Shown piece after piece: positions 60,321 to 64,000 of a stretch of 64,000 nucleotides of DNA. This DNA is from Nitrospinaceae bacterium (lineage in GTDB: Bacteria > Nitrospinota > Nitrospinia > Nitrospinales > Nitrospinaceae). The stretch's first letter is position 1; every line of letters begins with the position of its first letter. The notes under the pieces are model-generated. The model was not told the origin of the DNA. It saw only the letters and a list, made by a program, of their open reading frames with translations, and did not search any database. The position numbers were made by a program, and so were the translations under genes. The DNA is taken from assembly GCA_965223665.1 (NCBI GenBank), contig OZ245011.1, positions 4,064,001 through 4,128,000 on the forward strand. The letters run 5' to 3'.

Positions 60321-62723
60321 ATGAAAAGATCAAACCTATTAAAACATTTTATATTTGATCTCTATTGTTATGTAAGGTTGATTGTTTGGGTTTTTATTTT
60401 TAGTAGTGCCCTTCCATTTAATTTTACTCAATCTGTAGGTGCTACCAGTATTCCGCCTACCCCTTTTGGCCCAATTGCCGTTTCTATAAATATTACTTCC
60501 TCTAGTAACACATTTTCTAAACCCGCTGAAACTATGCAACTCACGGTTAACGCCAGCATGTCAGACGGTACCACTGAGGACATTACGAGTTCTGAAAAAG
60601 GAACGGAATATCAATCCGATGATCCCTCTGTTGTTACAGTCGACTCGGAAGGGTTTGTAACTGCCGTGGGTGTGGGTAAAGCGAAAGTGGTTGCCAATAT
60701 CGGTCTGGTTACTGATGAAATTGATATCGAAGTTTTAAATCCTCTCAATGGAGATTGTATTGCCAATGCATTGAACCTTCAAACAACGGTTAAGGAAAAT
60801 GGTACCTTCGCCTTTAATCATCCTATGCCTAATGGAGTTTACCGTGTTCGTGTTGTGTGTGAAAGGGAAACTGGCGTGGAATTTGGTCAATCCGACTATT
60901 TAACACCAACACCTAATGGAGAAACAACGGTTGGGCCGATTACTTTTGGCAATGTGGACTCAATTCCGGTTTCACTTCAATTGACATCAACCTCGACAAG
61001 TTTGACTCCATCGATAACCACCGCTCAGCTTTCCGTAACAGGAACTTTATCTGATAACACGACGGTGGATTTAACGGGATCAGCGACGGGTACGTTTTAC
61101 ACTTCAACCAATCCGGGAATTGCCACGGTTTCTGCTGAAGGGTTGGTGACCGGGGTGACCAGTGGCACGGTTTTTATTACTGCACGCAATGAAGGAGTGG
61201 TGGCGACGATTCAAATCCAGGTTCAGTTATCCGGAGATAGCGATAACGATGGATTACCGGATGATTTTGAAATTGCCAACTCTTTTAATCCCGGAGGAGA
61301 AAATTTATCCCTGTTGGCTGGAACGACTGCCAATGCTAGCACGTTTCAGTTAGGCTCCGAACCGAACCGAGTCCTGGATGGCGATGTGTCCACCAGTTGG
61401 GTGGCGCAAAGTGGAGACACTTCTGAAAGCGGATCGCCGTTTATTGAAGTGGTTCTGCCCTCTGAGCAAAATGTTTCACAAGTGCGCTTGGTGGGGAATC
61501 GCGGAGTTGGAGCTTTTGTGGATTCCATTTTAAAGGGAACGGTGGAAGCGTTTGATGATGCGGATACATCAATCTTTAACTCCGGTGAAGTGACGTTTCC
61601 GGAACCGACACGAGACCTATCGGTACCTATGGATTTGAATGGAGTGAAGCGAATACGGATTACGGTGACCGGTGAGCTTTTTCATCCTGCACTGGCGGAA
61701 TTCCAAATTATCTCTCGTTCTGGCGAAGGACTTGTGCTGGATAAAGACTTGGCGAGTGACGCCAATTTGGATTTTGATGGAGATGGGTTGACCAATTTAG
61801 CGGAATTTAATGCGGGTACCAGTATCTTTCTGGCCGATACCGACGGAGATTTCATAAATGATAATTTAGAGAGCGGTTTAGGCGTGAACTCTTTAATAGC
61901 TGACTCAGATAACGACGGTTTGCTGGATGGACTTGAATTAAACCCTACTCAGGATTTTGATAATGATGGAGTCAATAATATATTAGATCCAGACAGTGAC
62001 AACGATGGACTACCGGATGGAATTGAAGTGGCTTTATTCCTGGACCCATTAAATACAGATTCTGACGGAGACGCACTTCCTGATGGCAGCGAGGACACGG
62101 AAGGAGACGGTCTGCCTAATTCTGAAGAATTGTTGGAAAACACTGATCCTGCAAACTCAGATACAGATAATGACGGTAGTTTGGATGGGGAAGAAGTGGT
62201 CGCCGGGGCCGATGGTAATATCACCGATCCATTGATGGCAGATTCTGATAATGATGGTATGTTGGATGGCTTTGAAAACTTTTATGGGCTTGATCCCAAC
62301 GATCCTGCTGACGCGTCTTTAGATCCGGATAACGACAGTTTAACTAATTTGCAGGAAGCTGCGGTGGCCAGTGATCCTTTCAGTTCAGATGATGGTCCGC
62401 CGATGGTGGTGCAAGTGATTCCGGCGGATAATACAACCAATATATTAAGTGATACTCCCGTAGAGATTCACCTTAGTGAACCCTTATCTCCCGGTTCAGT
62501 GACAGCGAATACCGTAACCATCTTTGCCAATGGATTGGATATTTCCGGGACACCCACACTTTCTCCGGATGGTTTAACGTTAACAACACCCATCAACTTT
62601 CCGGTATTTGTTTCGTTTTACCGTGTTCGGGTTCAAGGAGTTCGAATAATCAATGAATCCGGCAATACGCAAATAGGCCACTTTGAAAGTTCCTATTTCA
62701 CCAGTGCTGATGGAGGGGATTAA
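60321..62723 (+). CDS. secreted Ig-like (Big_2 x2), discoidin-like, TSP3/Ca-binding repeat and Big_5-like surface protein
   Basis: Y.S.(D/N)P...TV...G.VT.V..G Big_2 motifs, DGD..TSW discoidin-like motif, many DxDxDG repeats, P.VV.V.PAD C-terminal domain. Confidence 0.85.
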   Translation: MKRSNLLKHFIFDLYCYVRLIVWVFIFSSALPFNFTQSVGATSIPPTPFGPIAVSINITSSSNTFSKPAETMQLTVNASMSDGTTEDITSSEKGTEYQSDDPSVVTVDSEGFVTAVGVGKAKVVANIGLVTDEIDIEVLNPLNGDCIANALNLQTTVKENGTFAFNHPMPNGVYRVRVVCERETGVEFGQSDYLTPTPNGETTVGPITFGNVDSIPVSLQLTSTSTSLTPSITTAQLSVTGTLSDNTTVDLTGSATGTFYTSTNPGIATVSAEGLVTGVTSGTVFITARNEGVVATIQIQVQLSGDSDNDGLPDDFEIANSFNPGGENLSLLAGTTANASTFQLGSEPNRVLDGDVSTSWVAQSGDTSESGSPFIEVVLPSEQNVSQVRLVGNRGVGAFVDSILKGTVEAFDDADTSIFNSGEVTFPEPTRDLSVPMDLNGVKRIRITVTGELFHPALAEFQIISRSGEGLVLDKDLASDANLDFDGDGLTNLAEFNAGTSIFLADTDGDFINDNLESGLGVNSLIADSDNDGLLDGLELNPTQDFDNDGVNNILDPDSDNDGLPDGIEVALFLDPLNTDSDGDALPDGSEDTEGDGLPNSEELLENTDPANSDTDNDGSLDGEEVVAGADGNITDPLMADSDNDGMLDGFENFYGLDPNDPADASLDPDNDSLTNLQEAAVASDPFSSDDGPPMVVQVIPADNTTNILSDTPVEIHLSEPLSPGSVTANTVTIFANGLDISGTPTLSPDGLTLTTPINFPVFVSFYRVRVQGVRIINESGNTQIGHFESSYFTSADGGD

Positions 62724-62901
62724 AAACTTCTCTCAAGATCCCAGCCAACTTCTTTCCTTATTATTAACTTCTAATCAGTAGCTCACTTTATTTGTCAACC
62801 ATTTCTTGGATTGCTTTGCTATTTTTTCTGGCTTCGTAGTAAAATGGCCAAGTATTGCTTTTGGTATTATAAAAACGTCTCCGATTTAATTATGAGACTT
62901 T

Positions 62902-64000
62902 ATGATGATGGCTCCCTTCCTTACTACGACTCAAAAAGATTTAACCTCAGAAACCATTAGAATTCGTGGTTTGGTGCAGGGGGTGGGATTTCGTCCTACC
63001 GTTTGGCGACTTGCTAAAGCACATGGTTTGACGGGCAAGGTTTGGAATGATGGGGAAGGCGTTCAAGTTAAAGCGCGAGGGCCCAGGCAAAATATTGAAG
63101 ATTTTCTTGCTCATTTACTGCGCTCCCTTCCCCCATTAGCTGAAATTGATTCCATAGAAAGATCACCAACAAATGACTCTTTTCCTTTAGACGACTTTTA
63201 CATCGTTGATAGTGAATCAGGAAACACCCAAACTGGTATTGTGGCAGACGCCGCCACTTGTCAGGAGTGCCTTCAAGAAACATTAAATCCTTTTTCACGC
63301 CGCTACCGATATCCATTTACCAACTGCACTCATTGTGGGCCCCGTTTCTCAATAGTTCGATCTATTCCCTATGATCGTGCGAATACCAGTATGTCATCTT
63401 TTGAGATGTGTGATGAGTGTTCGGCTGAGTATTTAAACCCAGAGGATAGGCGGTTCCATGCGCAACCCATTGCTTGTCATTCCTGTGGGCCCAAGGTTTG
63501 GCTCGAGGATTCGAATGGGGATCCCGTTTATTTAGAAAATCAGAATTTTATGGATGATGTGGACATAGCGGGTTCTCTTCTGCAAAATGGAAAAATTCTT
63601 GCTATTAAGGGAATTGGAGGGTTTCACCTTGCCTGTGATGCTACAAATGAAGAGGCGGTGAATCGACTGAGAGAAAAAAAGGGTCGTTACAAAAAGCCGT
63701 TTGCTTTAATGGCTAACAATTTGCAAATGATTGAACGTTACTGTGAGATGAATGAAATTGAGAAATCTCAGTTAGAAGGATTCGCCTCTCCAATTGTTTT
63801 ATTAAAAATTTCCGGAAATGAAAGGTTACCGGAAGCGATTGCGCCAGGTCTTAAAGAAATTGGTTTCATGCTCCCATATACTCCGTTACATCATTTAATA
63901 TTTAAGGATTTGAAAATTCCAATAGTGATGACTTCGGGAAATTTTTCTGAAGAGCCACAATGTATTGATAATGAAGATGCTCGTAAAAGATTAAAGGGAA
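62902..64000 (+). CDS. hypF: carbamoyltransferase HypF (partial, runs off window)
   Basis: Read manually: IRGLVQGVGFRP acylphosphatase domain, DAATCQEC...RYRYPFTNCTHCGPRFS, RRFHAQPIAC..CGP, KGIGGFHLACDA. Confidence 0.95.
   Translation, partial: MMMAPFLTTTQKDLTSETIRIRGLVQGVGFRPTVWRLAKAHGLTGKVWNDGEGVQVKARGPRQNIEDFLAHLLRSLPPLAEIDSIERSPTNDSFPLDDFYIVDSESGNTQTGIVADAATCQECLQETLNPFSRRYRYPFTNCTHCGPRFSIVRSIPYDRANTSMSSFEMCDECSAEYLNPEDRRFHAQPIACHSCGPKVWLEDSNGDPVYLENQNFMDDVDIAGSLLQNGKILAIKGIGGFHLACDATNEEAVNRLREKKGRYKKPFALMANNLQMIERYCEMNEIEKSQLEGFASPIVLLKISGNERLPEAIAPGLKEIGFMLPYTPLHHLIFKDLKIPIVMTSGNFSEEPQCIDNEDARKRLKG

Noticed and set aside
63068-63316. 82-aa minus-strand ORF
   Set aside because: Antisense to hypF

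Overview
AT-rich bacterial window, Gram-negative on gene content (Wzm, RND pump); finer taxonomy cannot be fixed from sequence alone. About 0.6-31 kb is a large surface-glycan locus, mostly on the minus strand: two gmd paralogs, rmlBAD, GDP-heptose genes hddA/hddC, several glycosyltransferases and methyltransferases, wzm, a WecA-like initiator and a TMTC-like GT-C. It is interrupted by nadE and contains a tandemly duplicated CotH-kinase/unknown-partner module. About 31-40 kb holds a TPR/FGE-fold protein, an acyl-CoA ligase, an RND pair, DUF502 and tRNA-Ala(GGC). After the tRNA comes an accessory-looking block: a secreted histidine phosphatase, a small acidic peptide, a homogentisate (Tyr/Phe) catabolic operon, an aryl-pyruvate decarboxylase, an uncharacterised heme-oxygenase-like diiron protein, an NSS transporter and a polyenoic fatty-acid isomerase homolog. 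The best candidate for a new system is at 55.7-62.7 kb: a Sec-exported PKD/Ig/ZU5-like carrier with a low-GC Cys-rich HExxH C-terminal tip, a duplicated PepSY-like putative immunity gene, and a second Ig/TSP3 surface protein. This looks like a polymorphic toxin system with an unusual carrier. hypF starts at about 62.9 kb and runs off the end. All family calls are by motif recognition; no searches were run.
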